A DNA stretch of 64,000 nt from Tubiluchus corallicola (GCA_030141605.1 JAQGDQ010000731.1:42125-106124); one strand, 5' to 3'; counted from the first letter of the stretch, positions 32,750 to 46,987 are shown. Made by a program: numbers and translations. Notes: a model not told the origin generated them from the sequence alone.

Positions 32750-33564
32750 CTAGCAAAGGCCCCGCAAAAGATTTTGCGTAAAAAACCACGTATAATCAAT
32801 AACACGCGAACATTCTACCTAGTCCTCATTTATTACACAAAGCCCGTAACATCCTGCCTACTGTATGTTTACTTACCTAACGCAAAGCAGCAGCTTTTAC
32901 TGAATTAAAGCTATAAGATTATAGACAGAATACAATGGATGACGTCACAACAATGCCTTTGCGTCAGCAATTTTCTAAGCGAAAATTGTCGAAAATAGAA
33001 CATCCAATTAACTCCTCGGTACTCCTCTCGGTGGACCTGCCCTAAAATGTAGCCTACATCATCGTGTAGCCCTGTCCTTCCTCTTTGTAAAGAGCTATAT
33101 ATCTCCTTCCTAGAGTCCCACTGGGCGACGCTAGAACGTTTTTCCCGCATGCTGTTTGGTCAAAATTTCGAAAAAATCGCGAGTTGGGTCCGGGAAAACG
33201 CCCGTTGCGGGACCCCGTGGCCCTCTCGCGAATTCTAAATATGCCTACTACACCCACCGCTGAACGGGCTATCTATCCATACCCAGCACCACCCTCGGCC
33301 CGTTCCCGTTCTCTACATCTCAGCCGTATAACTTTTGCAAAAAACGGCCGAAAAATGGCCATTTTTGGAGGTTTTTCGCCTCCCCTTTCTCCCGGTGGGC
33401 CCGATTCGAAAAATAAACCATCAATGGCACGACACTAGATCGAGACCTTTCGTTTGATGTATAGATCGCCGCAAATGGTGCCCTCGTCTGGGCTGTAGCC
33501 TCGAATCTTATATATATATAAATAAATAAATATATATATATACCAAGAATATTAATATAAGAGA
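32750..33564 (-). mobile_element. Non-autonomous Helitron (~815 bp)
   Basis: Minus strand A|TCTCTTATATTAATATT ... GCAAAATCTTTTGC hairpin ... GCCTTTGCTAG|T: TC start, CTAG end, A/T target, no TSD. Confidence 0.8.
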
Positions 33565-33840
33565 TGATAACGACAACGATAATTGGTACTAGTGACCATA
33601 GTATTAAAGACACCGCCATAACTGCAATAGATCAAAAATACTTACAAAAATTATACTAAAAATTTCTCCAGAAACATTTACTACATTCTCCGACATCTGG
33701 ATTTTTCAACATATTGTATTAAATTGTTTCAAAATGAATCATGATCTTACAATTTAAATTTCAGTATAATTTGCAACTTTATTTATTGTGACATCATAGT
33801 TTTGGAATTTTCATTGTTCAAAATTAGGCCTATCGCATTA

Positions 33841-34307
33841 TCTCTTATATTAATATTTTTGGTAATATACTGGAGCCAACTCGCGATTTTTTCGAAATTT
33901 TGACCAAACAGCATGCGGGAAAAACGTTTTAGCGTCGCCTGGTGGGACTCTAGGAAGGAGATATGGGCTCTTTACAAAGAGGAAGGACAGGGCTACACGA
34001 TGATGTGGGCTATATGTTAGGGCAGGTCCACCGAGAGAAGTACCGACGAGTTAATTAGAGGTTCCATTTTCGGCAATTTTCTCTTAGAAAACTGTTGACG
34101 CAAAGGCATTGTTGTGACGTTATCCATTGTACTCTACTCTGCTTATAACTTTAATTCAGCAAAAAGCTACAGGCTTTGCGTTAGTTAAACAAACAGTAGG
34201 CATGATGTTACGGGCTTTGTGCTATAAATGAGGACTAGGTAGGATGTTCGCGTATTATTGATTACACGTGGTTTTTTATGCCAAATCTTTTGCGGGGCCT
34301 TTGCTAT
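33841..34307 (+). mobile_element. Non-autonomous Helitron, internally deleted copy
   Basis: A|TCTCTTATATTAATATT start; ends GCGGGGCCTTTGCTAT (CTAG changed to CTAT). Confidence 0.75.
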
Positions 34308-34448
34308 TTATTATATTATAGCACTTAGTTTCAACTTTGTGAAAAATGTTTGGAATGGTTTTGTTGTAATGCTGTGCTGTTGGTGCTTGCGCTATAGGTG
34401 TCGTCATCATTGCCACCATCATCATCATCATCATCAACATCATGATCA

Positions 34449-35195
34449 CCACGTGAGGTGGTGGATTTGATGTGGTGTGGTGGTGGTGTGCTTTGTGTGT
34501 TGTGCTATGGATGGTGTGGTGGGGTGATAGGGTGTGTGGGGTGTGGTTTGGGTAGTGTGGTATGGAGTGGGTGGTGTGGTGTGTGGGTGGGTGTTGTGGT
34601 GCAGTGTGGTGTTATGGTGTGGTGCAGTGCGGGGTGATGTGGTGGAGTATTATGGTGTGGGTGGTGTGGTGTGGTGTGTGGGTGGTGCGGTGTGGTGTGG
34701 TGCAGTGGTATGGCGTGGTGCAGTGTGGTGTGATGTGGTGGAGTCATATGGTGTGGATGGTGTGGTGTGGTGTGTGGGTGGTGCAGTGTGGTGCGGTGTG
34801 GTGTGATGTGGTGGAATGGTATGGTGTGGGTGGTGTGGTGTGTAGGTGGGTTGGTGGTGTGGTGCAGTGTGGTGTTATGGTGTGGTGCTGTGCAGTGTGA
34901 TGTGGTGGAGTATTATGGTGTGGGTGGTGTGGTGTGTGGGTGATGCAGTGGTATGATGTGGTGTGATGTGGTGGAGTGGTATGGTGTGGGTGGTGTGGTG
35001 TGTAGGTGGTATGGTGTGGTGTGGTGTGATGTGGTGGAGTGGTATGGTGTGGGTGGTGTGGTGTGTAGGTGGTATGGTGTGGTGCGGTGCGGTGTGGTGG
35101 TATTGTGTGGTGCAGTGTGGTGCGATGAGGTGGAGTGGTATGGTGTGGTGCAGTGTGGTGTGATGAGGTGGAGTGGTGTGGTGTGGGTTGTGTGT
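34449..35195. repeat. GT-rich (GTGTG/GGT) degenerate minisatellite
   Basis: Directly visible; generates spurious His/Thr/Pro and Val/Trp/Cys ORFs. Confidence 0.92.
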
Positions 35196-35234
35196 TGATT
35201 TGTGCACAAAATTCTTTTTGTGGGGTTTGGCTAG

Positions 35235-36088
35235 TCTATCATATTAATATTCTTGGTATCTTAATATATTTATTTATTTATATATATATAAGATTCGAGG
35301 CTACAGCTTCGACGAGGGCACCATTTGCGGCGATCTATATATCAAACGAAAGGTCTCGATCTAGTGTCGTCTCATTGATGGTTTATTTTTCGAATCGGGC
35401 CCACCGGGACGAACAGGGGGCGAAAAACCTAAAAAATGGCCATTTTCGGCCGTTTTTTGCAAAAGTTATACGGCTGAGATGTAGAGAACGGGACTGGGCC
35501 GAGGGTGGTGCTGGCTATGGATAGATAGCCCGTTCAGCGGTGGGTGTCATAGGCCTATTTAGAATTCGCGAGAGGGCCACGGCGCCCCGCAACGGGCGTT
35601 TTCCCGGACCCAACTCGCGATTTTTTCGAAATTTTGACCAAACAGCCTGCGGAAAAAACGTTCTAGCGGCGCCCGGTGGGACTCTCGGAAGGAGATATAT
35701 AGCTCTTTACAAAGAGGAAGAACCAGGCTACACGATGGTGTGGGTTATATGTTAGGACAGGTCCACCGAGAGGAGTACCGATGAGTTAATTGGATGTTCT
35801 ATTTTCGACAATTTTCGCTTAGAAAACTGCTGACGCAAAGCCATTGTTCTGACGTCATCCATTATTGCTTATAACTTTAATTCAGCAAAAAGCTGCTTTG
35901 CGTTAGATAAACAGACATACAGTAGGCATGATGTTACGGGCTACAGGCTTTGCGTTAGGTAAGTAGGCAGGATGTTACGGGCTTTGTGTTATAAAGGAGT
36001 ACTAGGTAGGATGGTCGCGTATTATTAATTACACGTGTATTTATATATATTTATATATACGCAAAATCTTTTGCGGGGCCTTTGCTAG
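35235..36088 (+). mobile_element. Non-autonomous Helitron, full copy in head-to-tail tandem
   Basis: TC start directly after a degenerate family 3' end (35203-35234); ends hairpin plus CTAG at 36085-36088. Confidence 0.8.
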
Positions 36089-37926
36089 TCTCATATATTA
36101 ATATTCTTGGTATATATATATATATATTTATTTATATATATATAAGATTCGAGGCTACAGCCCGGACGAGGGCACCATTTGCGGCGATCTATACATCAAA
36201 CGAAAGGTCTCGATTTAGTGTCGTGCCATTGATGGTTTATTTTCCGAATCGGGCCCACCGGGAGGAACGGGGGGGGCGAAAAACCTCCAAAAATGGCCCT
36301 TTTTCGGGCGTTTTTTGCAAAAGTTATACGGCTGAGATGTAGAGAACGGGAATGGGCCCAGGGTGGTTCTTGGTATGGATAGATAGCCCGTTCAGGGGTG
36401 GGTGTAGTAGCCATATTTAGAATTCGCGAGAGGACCACGGCGTCCCGTAACGGGCGTTTTCCCGGACCCAGCTCGCGATTTTTTCGAAATTCTGACCAAA
36501 CAACATGCGGAAAAAACGTTCTAGCGGCGCTTTGTGTGACTCTCGGAAGTAGATATATGACTCTTTAGAAACAGCAGGAACAAGGCTACTATTGTGAATA
36601 AATTTATAAATCGGTATTTTGGTAGTATATTAATGGAGTTATCAGCTGAATTAGATTCTGTTGATAAATCGCACGCCCCCCTGATTTTCATAAGACAAAT
36701 TTCTACGATTGACTGATAAGTACGGATTTAATGCGATGCAAATTAGCACACATGTTAGAGAGATGCAGGTGTCTTGTATAGGAAATGGTAGGAATACAGG
36801 TGTCTTGTCCAAGAGAAGACACTATTGTCTTGAATAGCTACATGCAGAGTTAAAGTTAATTAAGAGAAATTCGGTAGCGATTTAGATGTCGCATAGAAGA
36901 GACTTTTTGGTCAGACTCCTCTATAGAAGAGCATAGAGGAGTCTGCGTTCTCAGCCAAAGACTGAGCACTGGATCAACGAACTCTCGTTAAGCTATCTGG
37001 AGTTGACCAAGTGTAGGGGTACATTGGTCAATCCACAAGTTAAGTTAACTTAACATATTTGTATCTGAGAATAGCTCTGAATAACTGTAGCTTCACATTG
37101 TATTAAGCACCATAAGTGCAGCATACTGAATCGTTGTCAATTAAACTGAATGAGCATCTTCTCTGGAGCTATACACTAATTGTAAGCGCTCACCAGCGTA
37201 TAAGGACAAACCTTGTAAAGTAATCCAGATTAGATAACTTGTATTCTGTAATTAAATAAATTCAATTCACTGTGGTAACGTAGATATCGAGTTCTTGTAT
37301 GATTAAGAGCGTTCAAAGTAAAGCAACACTAAATCCTAGATACAAACTTGAGAGATTCGCATTGTACTAACAAAAGCTCAATTGCGGGAGCAACGCTTGA
37401 TAACTTGAGGGAAGAAGACCTCCACTCACAACGCAAGGTCGAAGTGAAAGTCTTGAAGGACAGCATCATTGCCTGAATGACAGCATCATTGCCTGAATGA
37501 CTTAACTAAAGCCCTCAGAGTCAGGTGACAGAATCACCTTATAGCGAACGAGAAGCGAATCTAGATAATCAATATAAAATCTATACAATCTATAAAATTA
37601 ATTCATGATCACTCGATACGGCTAGATAAAGTATACCATCAATCTATCGAGAAAAAGAGTCATGATACTACACGATGACGTGAGCTGCATTTTAGGACGC
37701 TTCCTTCCTGAGGAGCTGCGATGAGTTGATTAGAGGTTCCATTTCGCACGATTTTCGCTTGGAAACTGCTGATGACGTCATCCATTATACTCTGTTTATA
37801 AACTTATAACTTTAATTCAGTAAAAGCTGCTAATGGGTTTGTATTATAAATGAGGACTATGTAGGATGTTCGCGTATTATTGATTATAAGTGTATTTATA
37901 CGCATTTTTTTGCGGGGCCTACATAG
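36089..37926 (+). mobile_element. Non-autonomous Helitron interrupted by a solo LTR
   Basis: Junction CTAG|TCTCATATATTAAT; family sequence breaks at 36589, resumes at 37668 and ends ..gcggggcctacatag. Confidence 0.75.
36590..37667 (+). mobile_element. Solo LTR-like insertion (1078 bp)
   Basis: 4-bp TSD CTAC (36586-36589 / 37668-37671); degenerate inverted termini TATTGTGA..TCATGATA; AATAAA near 37255. Confidence 0.72.
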
Positions 37927-38300
37927 CTGCATTTGTAAATGGATTTATAAAAAGCGGTTAATGAACCATCTCGGTTTTCAACATACCCTTCTTAAATGTT
38001 GCGATTTTAAGTGTTTACAACAAAATATTACAATAATTACAATAGTTAGTTGGTTTACAATTTCCCACACACAAGAACTTAGTTCGCAAAGTGGATTAAG
38101 ATTGGGATAGGGTTGGAGCTTTAGAATATAAAAACACTCAATTGGCAGCGAAGATAAGGTGAACAGTTTTTTCTTATCTTAGATGTAATTTCTAGTAACT
38201 AGTGTAGTTAATCCAAAACTCGGCAAGAGTATTTTTTCTTGAATTTCTTTACACATTTTATCAAAAGTTTGTGGATGGGCATGATCATGTGTGCACGTGT

Positions 38301-38338
<38 letters not shown>

Positions 38339-38402
38339 ATGTGCATGCGTGCGTGTGTGTGTATTAAAGAGCAAAGCAATTTTTCAGTTTTCAACAATAT
38401 CT

Positions 38403-41400
38403 TTATATAAGTAATATTAAACAGATAACTATATGAATGATCACACTTGTGTTGTATGATGTAGCTGTATCACGTACAGATATTGCACAGCATTTATTAA
38501 AGGTACCACAGCAAGTGCAGCAGCTGCAGCATTGTGAATCTTTATTATAATAGGTCACATCTTCAATCCAATCCAAATAATAGGAAATTTTTGCAGCCAA
38601 ATTTACTGTTTTGGTTTGATCATTGTCACTGCTGCTGGTTTCTTTGTTACAACTTTCACAGAGTTGCACCCCGACCACCTCCCCAGTCCGGCCTAATATC
38701 ATTGGTCCGCCTGAATCGCCCTGAAAGTAAACAAAACATTAAAACAATGTTGCAGTTCTAAGCCATTTCTAATTACTTGGTTTATTCTATAGTTAAGTCA
38801 TGTAGTTTTTATTCATGTTATTTTAAATTGAGTTTGCACTGTTTGCTCTATCATGCACCTATGTTTTAATGATTAATTTTGTAGTATATTATTTTAAGTT
38901 GTATACATTATAATTATATTTTTCATAGTGGAGGGGAAGAGTATTGTAAGATGCATCTCTTAAGTGTGGATAAAACTATTCCCACCACTATAGGGCAATC
39001 AGGTTTTTCCTGAAGAACCATATTGCCTTTAATAAGGCCATTAACAGGTGATCGGACAGGTTTCCTACATACATTCTTAAACAATTAAGCTACAGAAGTA
39101 ATTTTGCACTATTCATTTAAGCTCTTCTATACAGCTTTCTTAAAGTGCAAAATAACAATTTGTTTATTTCGAAAAATGAGTTTTCGAAATGTGTATTTGT
39201 TTTTTCATTGTTCTTAGTATAGTTATCTGACATAATATACAGCTTGCTAACAATCAAGGGTCATGACCGGAATACTAGTCCTTAAAACTAAAAAATGTGC
39301 GCCTGTAAAAATAGATTCTTTTCATTAATCATAAACTCATAATAGATTAAAACCTTGAAATAACTAAGCAAATTGCTGTCCAATTACGATTAAACTTATC
39401 ATTTACAAACGTTCTTATGTTGATTTGTAACATAATAAATAAATGCTAATTAACATGACATCAATACAAAAGCGTTATATTGTTTTTAGTTACCTCCTCA
39501 GCACTGCTTCCTGGACGGTATGTGCAGAGAAAAATTGTTTGGTTAATAAATTTGGGAGCACAGATACCTACATTAGACACTGTTACTGGTGCCTTTGCTA
39601 AATGCTCTTTTAATGGCTCATCAACTGAAAAATAAAAAAGCTAATTTAAAAAGTAATTTTGAATTATGAGTGACTTTTATAAAAGGTAAAAATTGACAGA
39701 ATATAAATTTATCACAAATATCACACCTCGTGTGTGTCAACGTAAACAAAGAAAATAAAGGATGATAGGACACTGGAGAAATCACAAACGGAGGGCGAAA
39801 AGCAAGAAACTGTTAGGGTAACACAATAGTGAATGTTATCTCAACAGGATATGTAGTGCATTGTAAGGTTGAACAAATGAATGTAGTGAAATTTTATTAA
39901 TTTGCTTTCATATGGAAATTTCGTCTAAGATTTTGAATGCAAAACTTTGTTTTGTTGCTTTATATCAATATATCAATCCAGCTTATCGTTGTATAAGTTG
40001 CAGTTCATTAATATCTTCTTTGTGGTGTTAATATTCATGTGTTCATTATTGTAGTTACTAATCTTTATTCATGTACCTAAATCAAACACAGCCTAATTTT
40101 TTATAAAGATCTAATAGATCCTATTAGCTATATAATTGTCTAAATTTAAACAAATCTTGTCTTAATCAACTTGCTTAATTAACCTTACTTCTTTTAGCAC
40201 TGTGTGCAGTAGGGCTAAAGAGAGTTTTTATGCATTAATGTTGTCCAGGGTTGAGCAAGTTGATTATTTTTTAAAGTTGGAAGATATACCCCAAATACTG
40301 TTTTGTGGGATTGAAGTTGCCGCCTCACAGACAATGATTATGTGTTTATCATTACTGAAACTGTATGAAAAAGATGGAAGACAAATAAATGTTCTTATAT
40401 GTATGGGCGACTAACAAGGCTCACACTGCCTGTAAAATAGCATGCATAGAACTACGTGATTTGTCTGCAAAATTTCCCCAGAAGGAGAATTTAACTTACT
40501 TTCTATAAGGCTGAAAAAAATGCAAATGCGTTGACTGACTACTACGAAACATTCTGGCAAGAAAACTTAATGAAGAATCAGGTCAAAGAACAGGGAGAAA
40601 CAAACACATGATGTAAAAGCTCTGTAAAAGGGAATTTAGCATAGAAAAATACGTAAACTGATGTTAAACTATGTCAAATCAGGAGTGCACTTGTAAAATT
40701 TAGATTAGCTGTTGCTCCGATGCAGTTAGGAATGTTGCTCCAAGGCTTACCTGAAGCCTAGAGATTGTACCTGCTCAGTAATAGTAACAGTAGTGAGCCA
40801 GAGTTGCACGTTTTGAGCTGGTTTGAATTTTATCAAGGTATTAGACATAATCTGTACACAAGTGCAATAAGGAAAAATGAACATTTTAATGCAAAGAACA
40901 GTTTCTGCTAGGTTCAGACTTGAGCATTTATGAAAGTGCAAACGCCTGTAATATTGTGTTGCAAATGAATGAGCTAGTATATCATAATTATTAACGGTGA
41001 TTTATGTAGTTTTATTTTCTTTTACAGTTTATGTGTATATTATTGTGCTTTTTTATTATCATCTCAGGTATAGTTGTTAGCAGTCTCTCATATCTTTAAA
41101 TGAGTGGTTCGTTTTTTGTATAGTATTCTAATTAATAATGTTTTTATTTACATGTTGTATAAGAAGAGAGTTATATAAAAATAATAAATTGCAAAAAATC
41201 TAAAAGCTTCATTAACACAAATAATTTTTATAATGAAAAAATATGCTTGAAACGTGTCACTAATTCGGCATAGCAAGTAAAATCATTTACTACAGCACGA
41301 AAACAAAAGGCTAGAGCTTGTACAAAGCTTACTTTATCAGATTTTCTTATTTCACCATAATAAGTACATTTTCCTGTAAATGTTGTGGTAATCACGCACT

Positions 41401-44240
41401 TGATAATGTTCAAACTGATGGTTAAAAGAGCACAGAAGTCACAAACATTGTCATAGCAAAGAAATGTCACAAAAAGTAAGAAACGTCAAAATTGTTATAA
41501 AAAACTTGTGCACAAACTCTAGCAAGAAAAAGCATGAGAGTTAGTTACAAAAATATTCACATAAAAGTCACTTCCAGATTGGTTACTCTAAGCGCTAAAA
41601 TTTTCACCCTACCTTTACTTCCCCACCCTGTAATGGTAACGTCTTCATTAACATAACTATAGTTGGTACAAGTTGGTAACTTAGCAGGCTGAATATTATC
41701 AGTAAACTTAACAGGCTCATTCATTCGAGCAAGTGCAATGTCATGGTAAAAACCTTCCGCACGCATTATGTCACCTGTGGTGGTGTTATAACTGGGGTGC
41801 ATCTTATACCAAGAGATCTGCAATAATAACAAATTTTATAAAAACTTTTCTAATTATGGTAATCTGATGTCATGTCAACAGACTGGCAAACCTGAGGTCT
41901 GTGAAAGTTCTTAAAGAGAATTATTTATTTCATCAACTCAGACGTAGACATAGAATGAGACATTTTATTTATCACCTCATTTACGCCAGAATGCAAATAG
42001 ACTATTTTTGCTATAGTTGTTAATTATTCAAGATAAATTGTGCATAAAGGAAAGAGTTAGGGGATGCAGGAGAGAGGGTAGCAAAAGACCAATTGGTCGT
42101 CAAGTCAGCTACCCTTCTCAGTCTGTAGTGCTGTTAATTAAACTGTGTAATATTGCTATGCTTCCCCTGTTAACAAAAGGGGAAGAAATTAAACTGGAGA
42201 GCGAAATAAGTAAAATATGGAACAAGGAAGCATTAAGATGAAAAATAAGCAATGATGATCATCCAAATATTTAAAACATTTAACTAACTGATTAAAACAT
42301 AAACAAACTAGAAAATCAAGTCAAATCAAAAGAAGGTTTGTATGTATATAAATCTAACTGTATGTAAAAGAAGGTTAACTATATGTATATAATCATATAA
42401 ACATTTTTTTATCAAGCACAAAATACTGGAAAACAAGACTTTATGCAAGTAAATGCTTACCCAACGAATTACGTCCGTCTGATACAGTTTATTGCTTCCT
42501 AGATATATTTTCAAGTGTTCTCCTGGTTCTTCACTAAAAACCAGCAGATATAAGCGCTTACTTCACAAGTTCGAAGCCTTGATATTTAAATACAGTAGTA
42601 CACTCATTGTAATGTCAATAAAACACTAAAATTACAATTCTTATCAAATTAATTTCCACAATCACTTGTTACGTGCAACATAAAATTTCAGACAGATGCA
42701 CATTGTTTACAATGACATAGAAAAAACATGATAGTGTCATGTTCTTAAAAACACAGCACTAGAAACATGATAAACATGACTACAATTAACGCAGATTTTT
42801 GAAAGTTCTAAGATTTCCGTAATGGCACCTAGTTTTTTTCAAATTGTGATCTAGCTACTTAATATGAGCAAGGCATTTGAAACTGTAGAGAGAGGAACTC
42901 TGTTTGATGACCCACAAGCCGCACTACAATCAGATGAAATGCAAATTATTACAATTCCACTAATTGAAGGTAAACGTACTGTATACGTTAGAAACACCAC
43001 AGGAAGAACTATAGGGGTCCCCTAGGGGGGACTGTCTTAGTCCAATACTCTTTACGCTCTACCTAGAAAATGCATTTAAGATCCAAACTCCTATAAATAG
43101 ATGATGATGATGATTACGATACAAATGTCTGTGATAACCTTCCTCAACATATTCTAGATCACTCCTATCCTGCTTTGGAGTCCTATGAACCATTCCTTAT
43201 TGATCAACAACATGCAAATGATATTGGCTGGATTAGCGTATCAAATTTTCAAAATAACACATTAAAGAGGGATTTTCCAAAAAAACTAATCTCGAAAAGA
43301 AATCTCTAAGTAACCCACTCAAAAACAGAAGAATATATTGCAAGAGGTAGTAATCACTTTTCCAGGCACTAAAGATGATGCATGCTTTTCTTCAGCACAA
43401 GAACGTATTAACCAGCAAGAAGTTAAGCCGTAACGTAAGACTTTTATTATTTAATGCTTACAATACCAGCATATTTATGTACAACAGCGAAATTTAGTGT
43501 TTAATGATTAATCAAGAAAAGCAGATTGACACATTTCAAATGAAGATTTATACGCCAGAATAAAAGAAATTTTTGGGGTTCATAAGTCAAGATCCGAAGA
43601 TTAAGATGGCTAGGACATCTTCTAAGACTACTAAATGAATCACCAGTAAGAATCGCTTTAAAAGAAGCCTAAAAACCTTGCGAAAAACCTAAAGACCTAA
43701 ACCTGGCAAACCTAAAAAAACCGGCAAACCTAGCTAAGATAAATAAGCATGTTCAACAACTTCAACCAAATCTATCTTTAGGAGTAAAAGAACTTGCGCT
43801 GTTAGTTGCATATAGAAGTGGGTGAAATGCTCTGATAAATATCGATACTTCAGTGGCAAGAAGTGGTCTACAAATTCACTTAATTTTTACAACTACAATT
43901 ACACTTCCAATTTACAGACACAATTTACAAAGCCACAATTATTGTTAATATTTCATAGTACACTCTAATGCTGTGATATTACAGTTTCTGACACACCGCC
44001 AAAATTACTTCAGTTTTACGTACTTACTCTAAAACACAGTGGGCTGCTGTCAATATCCAAATGTTATCAATAAGAGTCCCACCACAAAATTCTTTTTCAC
44101 CATCGACTCCAACCTTTAGAAAAATAGTGTATAAAACTTATTGTATAGATATTTTAATGTCATAAATAAATACAACATAACTGCATGGATATTTTGCAGA
44201 AATAGGCTCGAAATCAAGAGCTCTCTGTCTCTCTCTCTCT

Positions 44241-44274
<34 letters not shown>

Positions 44275-45859
44275 GATATATATAGGCTATATACTAAATG
44301 TGCAATTTCATCTGTTGTACATTGATTCAAAATACCTTAACTTTTGAAATTAAATTAGCATAAACGAGATACAGAAGTTACGTTTGGTCTACAAAATGTA
44401 AATCTAAAGTTTTCAGAAGAACACAAACAAAATTGAATATTTAAATTTTAATATATTTTAGTAAACAATGCACATACCAAGAATGGAAATTCTCTCTCAA
44501 TTACATACTCTCCGCCACCAATCCTTGGATCAGCAACACGTGCTGTAATTTATGCAGCAAATTACTATGATAACAGCATAATGTGATGAAAACAAAAAAC
44601 TCTAATAACTATAACTTAGTGCTATCGTCAGATGTCTTTTTACAGTAATAAATTACCAAACAGTCAATTTGCTCTCTACTCAACATCGCTATTACGTAAT
44701 TACAGAATGTAATAAAATTTCTCAAAACTGTTCAAGAAAAAGTCTGTATCCAATTTTAGAAAAACGCTTTGATGGACTGTCTTTCTTGAAAAACAAAAAA
44801 AATCTACATTCATCTATACCGTCCACTAAATTAACTATATGCTGTGGACATGTCCGAGAATTTTGTACTTAAAGGTCTGTTTCATTTGCTTTATCACTTA
44901 TCATATTCCATTTTAGGCAGGGAAACAACTGATCAACTGAACAACATCTGTGAAATATATACCAATTTAAAAAAATCACTAATAAGATGTCGATTTTAAT
45001 GAGCGAGAATTTCTTAAAACATAATCCTTAAATCTATAACATCCAAAAGATGCAATTTTGGGTGAGCATCGAACGTTAGAATTCGATTCCGACCTAAAGG
45101 TTTAGAATTGAATAATTCAGCACTTCAACCACGTACGTCGTTTTGTCATTAAACTGTTTTAAACATAACACAATTAGCACAATTTAGTAGCGATTTCTGT
45201 GGGCAACTTTTAAACTAATTAGCAGCGGTTTTATTGCAGAAAAAATCGAGCAATAGGTTCTATTCACAATCCTTGTAAAACCACTTTTTTCGGGTGTTTG
45301 AAATCTTGTTCGAAAATCTTTCAAATTCGATTCGAATGGAATTCGTGTAATTCAAAATACTGGAATGCTGTTTCGATTCGAGTTCGAAAATCACAAATTT
45401 GATTCGATTCGATTTCGATTTCTGGCAAAGAATGCTCAATCGTAGTCGCAATATGCAACTGTTCACCCAAACCTGCAACACTCACATATGACATATAAGA
45501 TCAGCCCATTCCTTCTGTCACCACTGATGCATTTCATCCACACAAAACTGCATACACCAATGATGTCATACGAGACATAACGGTAAAAACAACAGCAACA
45601 GTCTAGAAAAATGTTTCTAATGTATTTTGCCGCAGTTGGGACTGTGTGAAAAAACAAACACTAACTTTGATCATTCCAATGATAATAATGAATGTGCAAA
45701 CAAATGTTCTCTCATATTCATCAGCTGAGACTAACCTTTATGAAAAGAGACTTTAGCTGGAGTAGAGGATGTAGCTGATGTAGACTGACACATGTGAAGC
45801 CAGAAATATATGACGTAGACTAAAAAAGTGAAGCCCTCAGAGTCATTAAGGCTTGACAT
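38403..45859 (-). CDS. S1A serine protease paralog D, complete, 333 aa, signal peptide plus GPI-signal-like tail
   Basis: Exons 45859-45736, 44542-44478 (ADPR|IGGG), 44113-44028 (FCGGTLIDNIWILTAAHC), 42533-42461, 41817-41613 (HDIALARM..TGWG), 39624-39494 (LAKA..FLCTYRPGSSAEE), 38720-38403 (GDSGGP..stop); total 1002 nt, open, all GT-AG. Confidence 0.92.
42960..43860 (+). mobile_element. Degraded RTE-like LINE RT fragment in intron 3 of D
   Basis: Remnants GVP*G/DCLSPILFTLYLE, QHANDIGW (YADD-like) and IFMYNSE; many frameshifts. Confidence 0.65.
45058..45440. mobile_element. MITE with TTCGA subterminal repeats (hAT-like)
   Basis: Ends GGTGAGCATCG../..AATGCTCAATC; clustered GATTCGA motifs. Confidence 0.45.
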
Positions 45860-46879
45860 TGAGACTATAAGTCTGTAAATGATAACACAAAAGTAGATAA
45901 TTCTTGTTTTTTTTCTCAGTCTAACACACACCTTATTTATGCAAATTTTTTCTCTGCATAAATGAGTAGAGACTACGATGATACTATTAAAGGTTAAAAA
46001 GTTATAGTTAGATAGGCAACAATGAAAATTCCAAAACCGTGATGTCACAATAAATAGTAGAAAGGAAAATTATTCTGGAATTTGAATTCTTCGGATTCTC
46101 GACATAGTCATTGTACTCTTACGTAGACAATAAAATAAAGGTTTCTTTGTAATTGGAATGTGGACATTTGTATCTGTGTAGCATATTGCCAGCGTATTGA
46201 ACTGTATTTAGCTTCAAATTACCTTCAATACAGGGTAGGCTATAATTTCAGAACTTCCCATGCAAGATATCATTCTTATGTTACTGTAAGTTATATTTCT
46301 CTTGGGATTAAAAGTATAAATAATTTCGGTTATTTTGTTTATCTGGTATGACAAGTCTAGAGAATGTACGCATTACAGACAATGTGTAGAATTCAAGTAT
46401 TGAATAAAATTAGGTATTTCCTATAATTCCTATGCGTTTCAGAAACAGTGTGAATTTTTTTTTGCTGCAACTTGATCACACTTTGCCTAGGCGTTAGTAT
46501 AAAAGCTAGGATTTATATAAAATGCATAAAGTGACTTTGGCAAAGTGCAAAGTAACCATAATTCTTGTTAAGTCGAACTCTTGCTAGGTACATGTATTGT
46601 ATACCATGCATACAACGACTGAGCCAATGTAAGAAACTGATGAAGCTGTCAAGCCCGTGTTCTTACTTAGTAAAGTTCTTAAGAAGAATCATTCGTTGAT
46701 TCATACAACATTCTTAGCGCTTGGTACGGATTTGTTCAAATTAAAAATTCTTCTTAATTGCAAGGAAAGAAAAAGAGGTTAATAGTAGAAACTGATATAC
46801 AGAAAGCGTATTTTTTAATAGATTAAAATCAGACTATTTGAAAGAAAGTGTTTAGATGTGCTGTCTGCACAGGTAAGTC

Positions 46880-46987
<108 letters not shown>

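Noticed and set aside
34505-35209. His/Pro/Thr-rich and Val/Trp/Cys-rich ORFs
   Set aside because: Artefacts of the GT-rich minisatellite.
33054-36438. Similar short ORFs recurring in several places (RFEATA..RAPFAAIY)
   Set aside because: They are translations of the non-coding Helitron copies; no Rep or helicase motifs.
40200-40800. Possible LINE endonuclease remnant (..LICMGD)
   Set aside because: Only one short motif; insufficient without a search.
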